Position numbers and translations under genes: made by a program
The notes under the pieces: model-generated
The model's database searches: none
Seen by the model: only the letters and a program-made list of their open reading frames with translations
Told to the model about the DNA's origin: nothing
Shown: positions 1-9,836 of the stretch, in pieces
How positions within the stretch are numbered: position 1 is the stretch's first letter
Layout of the letters: every line of letters begins with the position of its first letter
NCBI GenBank assembly: GCA_025963725.1
Contig: JAOQAE010000002.1
Location: forward strand, 1,356,411 to 1,420,410
Direction of reading: 5' to 3'
Length of the DNA stretch: 64,000 nucleotides
From: Bacteroidota bacterium
Lineage (GTDB): Bacteria > Bacteroidota > Bacteroidia > 2-12-FULL-35-15

Positions 1-1
1 T

Positions 2-1954
2 TGCAACAATGCGCGCCACGGTTGTTTTTCCTGTTCCCGGATTCCCGGTGAAAATACTGTGCAGCGAAAATTTGTTCAGCACATCCCTTCCTGTTTCCTT
101 GTAAAAGCGCACCAGCTTCACCAGCTCGTTGATCTCTTCCTTCACATTGGTCATGCCGGTGAGCGCATTGAGCTCGCCCAGGCCTTCCTTTAATAATTTC
201 TCGTTCACCTCCAGGCTCAGCTTTTTCCTGCCCTGTGATGCGAACACTTTCTGCATGTCGGCAAGCACTATGGTCGACAGCTCTTCATTGCTCATGTCGG
301 CCACATTCGGGTGCCCCATGAGGCGCAAACCGAGGTTCATCTTTGCTTCATCCACCAGCGAAAATACATAGCGCGCATTGCCGAATGAATTATCTCGGGT
401 ACGGTATACTTCCACCAGCATCTCCTGCATAAATGCTTTTGCATCCGGCGTAATGGTCACGCCTTTCTTTGTAGCTGCCAGCTCTGCGATCGCAAACATT
501 TCCTCCGGCATATAATCCTCGAAATGGAAATAATGGCTGAAGCGCGATTTTAACCCCGGGTTTGAATCGATGAAATTTTGCATCTCTTTCGGGTAGCCTG
601 CGCACATGATCGCGATATCGCCTGTTCCGTCGCTCATCTCCTTGATCAGGATCTCCAGCACCTCGTGCCCGAAATCATTGGAATCTTCTTTGGCGCGTGT
701 AAGCGAGTAAGCTTCATCAATAAATAAAATTCCGCCTTTCGCTTCCTCGATGATCTTCTTCACCTTCGGCGCGGTTTGCCCGATGTACTGGGCAACCAGG
801 TCGGAGCGGTCCACTTCCTTCACATGCCCTTTGCTGAGCAGCCCCATTTTCTTATAGAGCTTGCCAAGCATATTCACCACAGTGGTCTTTCCTGTGCCAG
901 GATTGCCGGTGAACACACTGTGCAGCGCGATCTTCCCCGAATCCTCGAAGCCTTTTTCCTTGCGGAGCTTTACGAAGTTGATATAATTGATATGATCCCT
1001 GATGTTCTTTTTCACCGCTTCCATGCCAATGAGCTCATCCAGCTTTGCAAGCAGCTGCTCAATGGTTTCCTCTTCCACTACAACCGCATTTTCCGTTGCT
1101 GTTGCCGGTGTGGCGGTAAATCCTTGTTCCACCGATACGAGCGGCGCAGTCACGCCTTCTTCATTTACGGAACCCATTTCAAAAGGCACCAGGGCTACAA
1201 GCGTATCCATGAACACGATCTCCACCGTGTATTTATCATCCTTCCAGGAGCCTGCAGCATCGCTTCCCCAGCCTGCATCGAAAGTATAGATCAGCTCATT
1301 CTTGTTCTTCTCGATGAAGCCCGTGCGCATTGTTTGTCCTTTCGCCTGCCCGGCATCATCGTAAAAATTAAAGACAAATTCATAGTTCCAGTCGGAAGCG
1401 GTTTTTGTTTTGATCTTGAACTCCACCCAGAGGTAAGGGGTTTCGGCCTTGCTTAATTTCTTAAGATAGGTCCGCTCTTTTATATTCCAGCCATCGAACG
1501 GGCCTGCATATAATTTCACCGATTCCACGCTGAAATACGGGTTGTTGCCGGCTGTTACCTTCCCAACCTCTTCCACGAAGAACTTCTTTGAGCCTACCAG
1601 CTCACCATCAATGTATCCTTCCCATACATAATCGCCGCGGAACCAGTAAGCTCCTTCTGTGGCATTTCCCCAGCCATCGCGCACGTACACAATGTTATCG
1701 TTCATAGAAATGGTCTGCTCCGAATCCAGCGAGCAAAGCTCCTTGCGGGTTTCGCCTGTTACCTCGAAGCATTTCAGGGTGATCTTTGCTTTCCAGTCCT
1801 GCTCATCGAACAGCTTGTTGTAAAAAGAGAATTCGGTCCTTAAATAAGTTGTTTCCGCCCTGTCGAAAACAGTACGGTATTTTTTTGATGCGTTCGCCAT
1901 CCATTCGTCGGATGAATAGACTTTCATGTCTTTGAACTTATAATTTTTTGCCAT
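2..1954 (-). CDS. CbbX/SpoVK-family AAA+ ATPase with at least two AAA modules and a duplicated N-terminal domain (3' end truncated by window)
   Basis: Not in the ORF track. Manual translation from ATG 1954 (MAKNYKFKDMKVYSS...) is open to the window edge. It contains LHSVFTGNPGTGKTT, DLVAQYIGQTAPK, GGILFIDEAYSL, NPGLKSRF, FGNAR and a second LHSIFTGNPGTGKTTVARIVA. Confidence 0.9.
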   Translation of the reverse strand, partial: MAKNYKFKDMKVYSSDEWMANASKKYRTVFDRAETTYLRTEFSFYNKLFDEQDWKAKITLKCFEVTGETRKELCSLDSEQTISMNDNIVYVRDGWGNATEGAYWFRGDYVWEGYIDGELVGSKKFFVEEVGKVTAGNNPYFSVESVKLYAGPFDGWNIKERTYLKKLSKAETPYLWVEFKIKTKTASDWNYEFVFNFYDDAGQAKGQTMRTGFIEKNKNELIYTFDAGWGSDAAGSWKDDKYTVEIVFMDTLVALVPFEMGSVNEEGVTAPLVSVEQGFTATPATATENAVVVEEETIEQLLAKLDELIGMEAVKKNIRDHINYINFVKLRKEKGFEDSGKIALHSVFTGNPGTGKTTVVNMLGKLYKKMGLLSKGHVKEVDRSDLVAQYIGQTAPKVKKIIEEAKGGILFIDEAYSLTRAKEDSNDFGHEVLEILIKEMSDGTGDIAIMCAGYPKEMQNFIDSNPGLKSRFSHYFHFEDYMPEEMFAIAELAATKKGVTITPDAKAFMQEMLVEVYRTRDNSFGNARYVFSLVDEAKMNLGLRLMGHPNVADMSNEELSTIVLADMQKVFASQGRKKLSLEVNEKLLKEGLGELNALTGMTNVKEEINELVKLVRFYKETGRDVLNKFSLHSIFTGNPGTGKTTVARIVA

Positions 1955-2110
1955 GCCTGTAAAATGTTATATAGAGTAAGAAGAAATCCTGCATCTAATT
2001 TACAAAAAAAAGCAGCGGGACTTACATCGGTTAAAAAAACAGGCTTTTGTTTGTTCCCGGAATATTGACTATAAGCTTTGCCTGTTGTTTTTTACGGTAT
2101 CTTTACATTC

Positions 2111-4114
2111 ATGAAAACGAAGATCTGTTCTGCCTTCCTGGCTTTTTTATTCCTGGGCTATTTCTCAGCTGCACAAACTGCCGGATACCTCTGGGCCCAG
2201 GGCACGGGCAACGGCGGCAATAGTGATAATGCCTACATTGTTGCCAGCGATCCCTGGGGCAATGCCATTGTTACAGGAGCGTTTTCGAGCGCCACCATGA
2301 GCTGCGGCGGCACTACACTTTATAATGCCGACACTGCGGGCGTTGATCCCGATGTTTTTGTTGTAAAATATGATCCGGCCGGAAATGTACTCTGGGCGAG
2401 ATCGGCAGGCGGCAGTTCCCAGGACGAAGGTTTTTGTGTATCAACCGATGCTTCCGGAAATGTGATTGTCTGCGGTTATTTTTCAGGCGCTACTATTACA
2501 TTCGGTAGTGTTACCCTCACGAATACATTTGCAGGCTTAAATGATTTTTTCATCGTAAAATACGACCCGACGGGTACAGTGCTTTGGGCACGCAACGGGG
2601 TAGGCGGCAACGACGAGTATGCACAGGCTGTTTCTGTAGATCCTTCAGGCAATATTTTTGTGACAGGTGGCTTCGGCAGCTCAAGCCTGACCATAGGAAG
2701 TACAACACTTTACAATGCAAGCAGCACCCTGGGTGATATGGACATGTTCATTGCAGGCTATGATCCATCCGGTAATGTGATCTGGGCTTATAGCGCGGGA
2801 GGAGCTGAAACCGACTTCGGCCTGGGCATTGCTGCCGATGTAACCGGTAACATTACAGTGGTGGGATTCTTCTCCAGTTCTTCCATCACGTTTGATACCC
2901 ATACGCTTATAAATGCCGGCAGCCCGGGCACGCAGGATATTTTTGTAGTAAAATATCTGGCATCCGGGAGCATCGGTTTCGCAAAAAGGGCTGGCGGGGC
3001 CGGCGACGATCTTGCGCGAAACGTCAGCACAAATGCAACAGACGATATTTTTGTAACCGGCCATTTCGCGAGCTCCTCTATTACCATTGGTGGAAGCACT
3101 TTGAATAATGCAGGTACCGGAACATCAGACATGTTCCTTGCAAAATATGACAACCTGGGTAATGCGGTATGGGCCAATTCAGCAGGAGGCAGTGCAGAGG
3201 AAATGGGAAAGCGTATCATCGGCGATGATAGCGGAAACGCAACGGTGATCGGTTATTTTATGAGCGACACAATGAATTTTGATTCTGTTTCACTTACAAA
3301 TGCCGGAAGCGGCACTGCCGACATTTATCTTGCAAAATATGATGCGACAGGCAACCGTGAATGGGTGCAGCGAGCAGGATCAACCGGGAATGATTACGGC
3401 TGGGGGATCCGCACAAATGCAAACAACGACACGTATGTGACAGGCTTTTTCAACAGCCCGGGCTTTGCACTGGGCAGCACTATGATAACGAACAGCGATC
3501 CAACCGGCAGCACTTTCGATTACTTTCTCGCGAAATTGATCACCACACCACCCTGCCACGCGTATTATTCAACCGTGTACGATTCTGCCTCCAATACATT
3601 TAACATTACTGTGGATTCTGCTACCGCAGCCGCAGCCGTAACCTATCGCTGGGACTTTGGCGATGGCACAATCTCGGCTTCACCTGCTCCTGTGCATACC
3701 TATGCAGTGGATTCCATTTATTCCGTTTGCATGACAGTTCACACCACCTTTGGCGATTCCTGCTTTTATTGTTCGTTGATCGGGAAGGATACTGCAGGGA
3801 ATATAATCCGTACAACGGGTTTTACTATTAATGTGCACAATCCAACAACCGGAGCACAGGAAATTACATCCGCCGATCCGGAAATAAGCATATACCCAAA
3901 CCCGGGCACAGGAATTTTCAGCATCCGTTCGGGCAAGCCGGTATCTGTTGTTGAAGTACTTAACATACTTGGTGAAAACATCCTGAATGTAAAAGTTCAG
4001 CAATCGGCAGAAACGACAAGCGTTGATCTTTCTGCTGAGCCAAACGGGATCTATTTCATACGGATCATTTCAGGTAAGCAGGAAACAATCAAAAAGATTT
4101 GTATTTCCAGGTAA
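2111..4114 (+). CDS. T9SS type A cargo protein with SBBP-like beta-propeller repeats and a PKD domain
   Basis: Signal peptide from ATG 2111; repeated D-xF-xxKYDxxGNxxWA units; YRWDFGDG PKD motif; C-terminal IYPNPG...GIYFIRI sorting domain. Confidence 0.88.
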   Translation: MKTKICSAFLAFLFLGYFSAAQTAGYLWAQGTGNGGNSDNAYIVASDPWGNAIVTGAFSSATMSCGGTTLYNADTAGVDPDVFVVKYDPAGNVLWARSAGGSSQDEGFCVSTDASGNVIVCGYFSGATITFGSVTLTNTFAGLNDFFIVKYDPTGTVLWARNGVGGNDEYAQAVSVDPSGNIFVTGGFGSSSLTIGSTTLYNASSTLGDMDMFIAGYDPSGNVIWAYSAGGAETDFGLGIAADVTGNITVVGFFSSSSITFDTHTLINAGSPGTQDIFVVKYLASGSIGFAKRAGGAGDDLARNVSTNATDDIFVTGHFASSSITIGGSTLNNAGTGTSDMFLAKYDNLGNAVWANSAGGSAEEMGKRIIGDDSGNATVIGYFMSDTMNFDSVSLTNAGSGTADIYLAKYDATGNREWVQRAGSTGNDYGWGIRTNANNDTYVTGFFNSPGFALGSTMITNSDPTGSTFDYFLAKLITTPPCHAYYSTVYDSASNTFNITVDSATAAAAVTYRWDFGDGTISASPAPVHTYAVDSIYSVCMTVHTTFGDSCFYCSLIGKDTAGNIIRTTGFTINVHNPTTGAQEITSADPEISIYPNPGTGIFSIRSGKPVSVVEVLNILGENILNVKVQQSAETTSVDLSAEPNGIYFIRIISGKQETIKKICISR

Positions 4115-4132
4115 CGTAACGGCTTGAAGCAA

Positions 4133-4163
4133 TAAAAAACCCGTCCTCTTTGCAGGGGACGGG
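4133..4163. terminator. Rho-independent terminator between convergent genes
   Basis: Stem cccgtcctc/ggggacggg with an A-tract on the left, giving a U-tract on the minus strand. Confidence 0.7.
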
Positions 4164-4200
4164 CATAATTAGATAAATCTCTCTAAACTAAATCTAATTA

Positions 4201-4596
4201 TTAATAATTGCCGGAGGCAATTGCTTTTTGTGAAGGTGAACTGCTGCTGGCTTCCTGGAACAATACGCCGTTGATGTAGATCTGTACATGAACGCTTTTT
4301 CTTGCAGGTGCTGCATTTGAAGCTTCGAGGTAAAAGAACTTTCCTTTGATGCAGGAAAAGCTTACGGAATGAGCTGCCCTTGTAATGGTTTCAGATTTCA
4401 TTTCCAGTTGCCCATCCGCGTTCGGGAACATATAGGATGCTTCTACATCCGCCGATTCGCTTGTGATCTTATATTCAACATTGATCGAAACCGGGGTTGC
4501 CGCAACCGGTGATTGTGGCTGAAGGTCATTCTCCTTTTTGCAGGAAACTGCTGTAATGCTTATTATTACTGCAAAAGCGAGGATTATTCTTTTCAT
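4201..4596 (-). CDS. Small lipoprotein of unknown function
   Basis: Hydrophobic leader ending in lipobox TAVS-C followed by KKEND. Confidence 0.75.
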   Translation of the reverse strand: MKRIILAFAVIISITAVSCKKENDLQPQSPVAATPVSINVEYKITSESADVEASYMFPNADGQLEMKSETITRAAHSVSFSCIKGKFFYLEASNAAPARKSVHVQIYINGVLFQEASSSSPSQKAIASGNY

Positions 4597-4626
4597 TTTG
4601 TGTGTTTCTTAGTTTGAATTCGAGTG

Positions 4627-4692
4627 CAAAAGTACACTTTTTTAAACACAAAGCAAATATTTGACGATAAATTTATGGTATTGGACGATAAA
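4627..4692 (-). promoter_or_regulatory. Bacteroidota sigma70 promoter with upstream 9-bp direct repeats
   Basis: Minus-strand TACTTTTG (4627-4634) matches the TAnnTTTG -7 box; TTTG near -33; GACGATAAA occurs at 4663 and 4684. Confidence 0.6.
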
Positions 4693-4775
4693 ATTATTCT
4701 GAAAGGGGATAAAGCGGGATTTGGAGCTGCTGAAAAAAGAAGCAAAAGGAATATGGGATATGAGAGATGGTCTAC

Positions 4776-4814
4776 TTCTCGATACGCTTCACTGCGTTAC
4801 GCACTCGAAGTGAC
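4776..4814 (+). repeat. REP-like element, family TTCTCGATAC...ACTCGAAsTGAC
   Basis: Same conserved ends recur at 29123-29158 (inverted) and 35607-35651. Confidence 0.75.
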
Positions 4815-4865
4815 CTATAACAATGAGAAACTCAAAATTACAACCAAAGCATTTTTAAGCATTGA

Positions 4866-5864
4866 TTAGAACTGCAAACTCAGCTTCCGGTACCCTTCAT
4901 GCGTTTCAGCTTTCATGCGCTCGATGATCTCATGGCATGATGCTATATCATCGATGAGCTCCACGCTTTGCCCTGCGCACCAAAGGGTTTGGTAATTGCC
5001 CGGGTGAATGGATTTCTCCAGCTTCTTCATTCCGCTCAGCTGCACCCACATCTTAAAATATTTTTTAGTGGTGGAATTGTTCGACAGCATGCGTTCCATC
5101 CAATTCTGCCGGTAGCCGATCTTCTTTGCGAAAGGCGTGTTGATAATGGTGCAGGGCGTGCCCGATATTTTTTCGGTCAGCACAATGTCGCTCATCTTCG
5201 AGCTTACCACCGCATTCTTGTAATCGTTGCTTACACCCGCCTCAATGCTTGCTATAAAGCGTGTGCCCACTGAAACTCCTGCCGCCCCAAGCGCCAGCAT
5301 CGAAAGGATCCCTTCCCCGCCCGCTATTCCACCCGCCGCGATCACGATCTTATCCGGGAAATGATGATGCAATGATGGGATCAGCACCTGCAGTGTATTA
5401 GGCCCTGCGTGCCCGCCGGCGCCCTGTCCCACCGCAATAAATCCATCACAGCCAAGGTCGTTGCACTTCTGCGCATGCTCTATATTGGTAACATCGCAGA
5501 ATACCTTTGCCCCGTACTTATGCGCCTCTTCGATCACCTGCTTCGGATTCCCCAGCGAAGTGATGTAAAAGGGAACTTTCTTCGCAACACAGATCGCAAG
5601 GTGCTTTTCATACAATGGATTTGTTTTCTGAACAATCAGATTAATGCCATACGTGCCTTTTGCGCCAGGGCCTTCCTTTGCCGCATTCAGCGCATCCAGC
5701 AGCTTTTCCAGCTCACCTTCATTCCTGTAGTTCAGGCTCGGGAATGTAGCCGCGATGCCGCTGTTCATGCCCGCTTTTACCATGGCTTCATTGCTGACCA
5801 GGAACATAGGCGCCATGATCATCGGAAAATCAATATTCAGTACTTCAGTGAGCTTTGTTTGCAT
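4866..5864 (-). CDS. Nitronate monooxygenase / FabK-like flavoprotein
   Basis: PMIMAPM, GAGGHAG, VIAAGGI and GVSVGTRF FMN TIM-barrel motifs. Confidence 0.9.
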   Translation of the reverse strand: MQTKLTEVLNIDFPMIMAPMFLVSNEAMVKAGMNSGIAATFPSLNYRNEGELEKLLDALNAAKEGPGAKGTYGINLIVQKTNPLYEKHLAICVAKKVPFYITSLGNPKQVIEEAHKYGAKVFCDVTNIEHAQKCNDLGCDGFIAVGQGAGGHAGPNTLQVLIPSLHHHFPDKIVIAAGGIAGGEGILSMLALGAAGVSVGTRFIASIEAGVSNDYKNAVVSSKMSDIVLTEKISGTPCTIINTPFAKKIGYRQNWMERMLSNNSTTKKYFKMWVQLSGMKKLEKSIHPGNYQTLWCAGQSVELIDDIASCHEIIERMKAETHEGYRKLSLQF

Positions 5865-5992
5865 TTGGAGACGTTTATGGTTGCGGAACCGCTAAAATAT
5901 TTTATTTTTGGAAATGTAAAGATACGGATAATCGATCGCAACGTCGTATCTCATCCGGTTTAAACACTAACCAATTCACTTATTCAACATTT

Positions 5993-7759
5993 ATGGCTGT
6001 AACACGCATTTTCGACATATTACCACAATTGCTTGAAAAATACAATAAGCCGGATGCGCTTGCATCGAAGGAAAACGGCAAATGGGCCACCGTCTCCACG
6101 CAGCAATTCGTTGACAATGTAAACAACCTGAGCTACGGGCTGTATAACCTCGGACTGCAGCGTGATGACAAGGTCGCGATCATTGCCAACAACCGCCCCG
6201 AATGGAACTTTACCGATTTTGCCATCCAGCAGTGCGGCGCGGTGAGTGTGCCTATTTACCCGACCATCAGCGAGCACGACCTTGCCTTTATCCTGAACGA
6301 TGCGAAAATAAAATATGTGTTCGTTTCCAGCGCCGAACTGTATAAGAAGCTGCAGGCCGCCGCTACAAATGTTCCTTCCATCCAGGGGATTTACACCTAT
6401 AACAAAGTGGAAGGCGCAAAACACTGGTCGGAGCTGGCCACTGAAGGCAAACAAAATCCAAAGGCCGCAGAGATCGAGGCGATCAAAAAGACCATTCAAC
6501 CCAACACGCTGTTCTCCATCCTTTACACTTCCGGCACCACGGGCAACCCGAAAGGCGTTATGCTTTCACACAATAACCTCATCAGCAACTCCATCGCCTG
6601 CCAGGTACTTGCGCCTTTCGAAAGCAACTGGAAAGCGCTGAGCTTCCTTCCGCTCAACCACGTGTACGAACGCATGCTGAGCACGCTCTATTTTTACCTC
6701 GGCGTATCGGTGTATTATGCCGAAAGCATCGACACGATCGGCGAGAACTTAAAAGAGGTGAAGCCGCAGATCTTCGGCACCGTGCCGCGACTGCTTGAAA
6801 AAGTGTACGACCGCATTGTTGCAAAAGGCGATGAGCAAACAGGCATTAAAAAGAAATTATTCTTCTGGGCCCTCGACCTCGGGCTGCGCTATGAAGTGAA
6901 CGGTGCGAACGGCTGGTTCTACGAGATGCAGCTGAAGCTGGCCAACAAGCTCATCTTTTCCAAATGGCGCGAAGCGCTCGGAGGAAACGTGGTGGCAGTA
7001 GCTTCCGGCGGTGCAGCACTGCAGCCAAGGCTTGCACGCGTATTCAACTCCGCAAACATAAAAGTGCTGGAAGGCTACGGCTTAACGGAAACATCGCCGG
7101 TGATCGCGGTGAACAGCTTCCTGCCCGACAGCATCCGCTTCGGAACGGTAGGCCCCGTGATAGAAGGCGTAACCGTGTCATTTGCCGAAGACGGTGAGAT
7201 CCTCGTGAAAGGCCCTAACGTGATGCTCGGCTATTACAACCGTCCGGATGCTACTGCAGAAGCCATCGATGAAAAAGGCTGGTTCCATACCGGCGATATC
7301 GGCGTGATGGTGGAGAACCGCTTCCTGAAGATCACCGACCGCAAGAAAGAGATCTTTAAAACTTCGGGAGGCAAGTACATCGCCCCCGTGATGATCGAAA
7401 ATAAATTAAAGGAATCGCAGTTCATCGAGCAGGTGATGGTGATCGGCGAGAACCAGAAATATGCTTCTGCGCTGATCGTCCCGGCTTTTGCTTTCCTGAA
7501 GGAATACTGCAAGCGCAAAGGGATCCCATACACTACCAACGAGGAGATGATTCAGAATCCCATGATCCGCGCACGTATCCTCCAATCGGTGGAGAAGGTG
7601 AACCAGACACTGGCGCAATACGAGACCATCAAGCGTCCTGAATTCTTAAGCCGCGAATGGAGCATTGAAAAAAATGAGATGACGCCGAAAATGTCGCTGA
7701 AGCGGAAAGTGATCATGGAAGCCAATAAAGCCCTGATCGATAAGATCTACAACGAATAA
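5993..7759 (+). CDS. Long-chain fatty acid-CoA ligase (AMP-dependent synthetase)
   Basis: YTSGTTGNPKG, EGYGLTETSP, GWFHTGDIG and ITDRKKE motifs; start reassigned to ATG 5993 (MAVTRIFD). Confidence 0.93.
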   Translation: MAVTRIFDILPQLLEKYNKPDALASKENGKWATVSTQQFVDNVNNLSYGLYNLGLQRDDKVAIIANNRPEWNFTDFAIQQCGAVSVPIYPTISEHDLAFILNDAKIKYVFVSSAELYKKLQAAATNVPSIQGIYTYNKVEGAKHWSELATEGKQNPKAAEIEAIKKTIQPNTLFSILYTSGTTGNPKGVMLSHNNLISNSIACQVLAPFESNWKALSFLPLNHVYERMLSTLYFYLGVSVYYAESIDTIGENLKEVKPQIFGTVPRLLEKVYDRIVAKGDEQTGIKKKLFFWALDLGLRYEVNGANGWFYEMQLKLANKLIFSKWREALGGNVVAVASGGAALQPRLARVFNSANIKVLEGYGLTETSPVIAVNSFLPDSIRFGTVGPVIEGVTVSFAEDGEILVKGPNVMLGYYNRPDATAEAIDEKGWFHTGDIGVMVENRFLKITDRKKEIFKTSGGKYIAPVMIENKLKESQFIEQVMVIGENQKYASALIVPAFAFLKEYCKRKGIPYTTNEEMIQNPMIRARILQSVEKVNQTLAQYETIKRPEFLSREWSIEKNEMTPKMSLKRKVIMEANKALIDKIYNE

Positions 7760-7771
7760 TCCTTCGCCTGT

Positions 7772-9709
7772 ATGAAAAAGCAAAAGCATGCCGCAAAGCA
7801 GAAGCAAACGGAGGCGCCCATTGTTGAGAAGAAGCTGCTGATCCGCCTTTCGCTCATCATTGCCGTTTTCTCATTCATCCTGTATGCCAATACGCTGCGC
7901 CACGAATTTGTGCTGGATGATAACTCCGTGATCAAGGAGAACACGATGACGCAGGGCGGCGTTTCCTCACTGAAAGCGATCTTCAGCTCCGCTTACCGTG
8001 CCGGCTATCCCAACGCCGAGAACAATCTATACAGGCCCCTTTCCAAAGCCATGTTTGCAGTGGAATGGCAGCTTTCACCCGACAATCCGCACATCCATCA
8101 TTTTGTGAATGTGCTGCTGTATGCGCTTGCCTGTGTGTTGCTTTTTATTGTTTTGAGCCGCTGGACGAAGATCAACATCTACGTGCTGTTCATCACCGCG
8201 CTTATTTTTGCCGCACATCCTATCCACACCGAAGTGGTTGCCAACATCAAAAGCAGGGACGAGATCCTTACCATGCTTTTCCTGTTGCTTTCACTGAATG
8301 CTGCATTGAACCACCTCAGCAATCAAAAAGCGCTTTCGCTGATCGCTTACCTCTTCTGTTTCTTCCTTGCGTTATTATCGAAGGAATCCGCGATCGTATT
8401 CATTGCCATTGTTCCGCTGTTCATTTATTTTTTCACGGAATTCCCTTTAAAGAAAAATTTGCTGCTCACATTCGCTGCGGCGGGTGTCGCCATTATCTAC
8501 CTGCTCATCCACAAAAGCGTGATCGGCAGCATCGGCTTATCGAACATTCCGGCCATCGACAATTCACTGCTGATCACCGACAATATATTCCTTCAAAAGG
8601 CGACTGCTATCATGATCATGGGCCGCTACCTGCTGCTGCTTATTTTCCCTCACCCGCTTTCCAGCGATTACTCCTTCAACACCATTCCCATTGTGAGCGG
8701 CGCCGGCGATCCTGCATTCCTGATTGCGCTGCTGATCCATGTATTCCTGCTTACATACGCGATAAAAAAAATAAAGGGAAAGCACCTGCTCTCTTTCTGC
8801 ATTCTCTTTTACCTCGTCAGCATGTCGATCGCCTCCAACATTTTCATGACCATCGGGACACACCTGGCGGAGCGACTGCTGTTCCTGCCCTCCATCGCAT
8901 ACTGCCTCGCACTGAGCTATCTCGCGTGTAAGCTGTTCAAAATAAATACCGCAACGGCGACAAACCTCAGTGCATTTTTTCGCACAGCAAAGCCGTATTC
9001 ATTTCTTACCGCAGCCCTGCTCCTGCTCTTCACATTCAAAACCACGGCAAGGAATAAGGACTGGAGATCGAACGGGGTGCTTTTCGAAAAGGATCTGCAA
9101 ACCGTTCCCAACAGCGCCCACATGCTGATGTACTATACCGATCACCTGCTCAAAAAAGAGAACCTCGACAAGCTTTCGCCGGAAGCAAGGCAGGCGCAGC
9201 TGATCAAAGCAAAAGGCTATATTGAGAAAGCGCTAAAGATATACGAGCTATTCCCCGACGCGCATTATTTATCCGGCAGGGCACACTATGAGCTGAAAGA
9301 TTACGAAAGCGCCTATAGGGAATATTTCAGGGCATTGTCGCTGAACCCCGGAAAGGCCATGTACCACAACAATGCAGGAACATCCCTTTTCTCACTGGGC
9401 AGGTACCCGGAAGCGGCAAAGGAATTTGAAACGGCCATGCAGCTGAACCCCGCCGATCCCGATCCTCCCTTCAATCTCGGAAGTGCATACGGCGCCATGG
9501 GCGAAGGCTACAGGCAGAAGAACGACATGGAAAATGCAGTCAAAATGTTTAACATCGCCATCCCGAATTTCCAGAAAGCGATCCGCATGAAGCCGGATTA
9601 TAAATCGGCTTACCAGTTCCTTGGCGCCACGTATATGAACATGGGCGATACGGTGAATGGGAAGATCTATTTGGGGAAGGCTGCGCTGGTGGTGGAGAGG
9701 AAGAAGTGA
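7772..9709 (+). CDS. TMTC/DUF1736-like GT-C membrane glycosyltransferase with C-terminal TPRs
   Basis: Multiple TM helices; FVLDD, YRPL, HPIHTEVVANIKSRDE, SKES and AERLLFLPS motifs; TPR tail. Confidence 0.8.
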   Translation: MKKQKHAAKQKQTEAPIVEKKLLIRLSLIIAVFSFILYANTLRHEFVLDDNSVIKENTMTQGGVSSLKAIFSSAYRAGYPNAENNLYRPLSKAMFAVEWQLSPDNPHIHHFVNVLLYALACVLLFIVLSRWTKINIYVLFITALIFAAHPIHTEVVANIKSRDEILTMLFLLLSLNAALNHLSNQKALSLIAYLFCFFLALLSKESAIVFIAIVPLFIYFFTEFPLKKNLLLTFAAAGVAIIYLLIHKSVIGSIGLSNIPAIDNSLLITDNIFLQKATAIMIMGRYLLLLIFPHPLSSDYSFNTIPIVSGAGDPAFLIALLIHVFLLTYAIKKIKGKHLLSFCILFYLVSMSIASNIFMTIGTHLAERLLFLPSIAYCLALSYLACKLFKINTATATNLSAFFRTAKPYSFLTAALLLLFTFKTTARNKDWRSNGVLFEKDLQTVPNSAHMLMYYTDHLLKKENLDKLSPEARQAQLIKAKGYIEKALKIYELFPDAHYLSGRAHYELKDYESAYREYFRALSLNPGKAMYHNNAGTSLFSLGRYPEAAKEFETAMQLNPADPDPPFNLGSAYGAMGEGYRQKNDMENAVKMFNIAIPNFQKAIRMKPDYKSAYQFLGATYMNMGDTVNGKIYLGKAALVVERKK

Positions 9710-9836
9710 GGGCAAGAGGGCTCTTGCGACACTTGAACATTAATAATTTGATGTAGGAAGACGTTTAACAGTTTCAAAAGCTTCACCCACGCCAAACTCA
9801 AAATCGTAGTAGTAATAATAAATAAAAAACAAGACA

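Noticed and set aside
129-1456. Plus-strand ORFs at 129, 776 and 1002, and minus-strand ORF at 390
   Set aside because: They are shadows of the minus-strand AAA ATPase gene at 2-1954.
4624-4869. 81-aa plus-strand ORF
   Set aside because: It runs through a promoter and a REP element and has no protein-like features.
5855-5992. Long N-terminal extensions in the ORF track (acyl-CoA ligase here; similarly hpt 41475-41759 and 19116-19190)
   Set aside because: They overlap divergent genes or promoters; downstream ATGs match the expected family starts.
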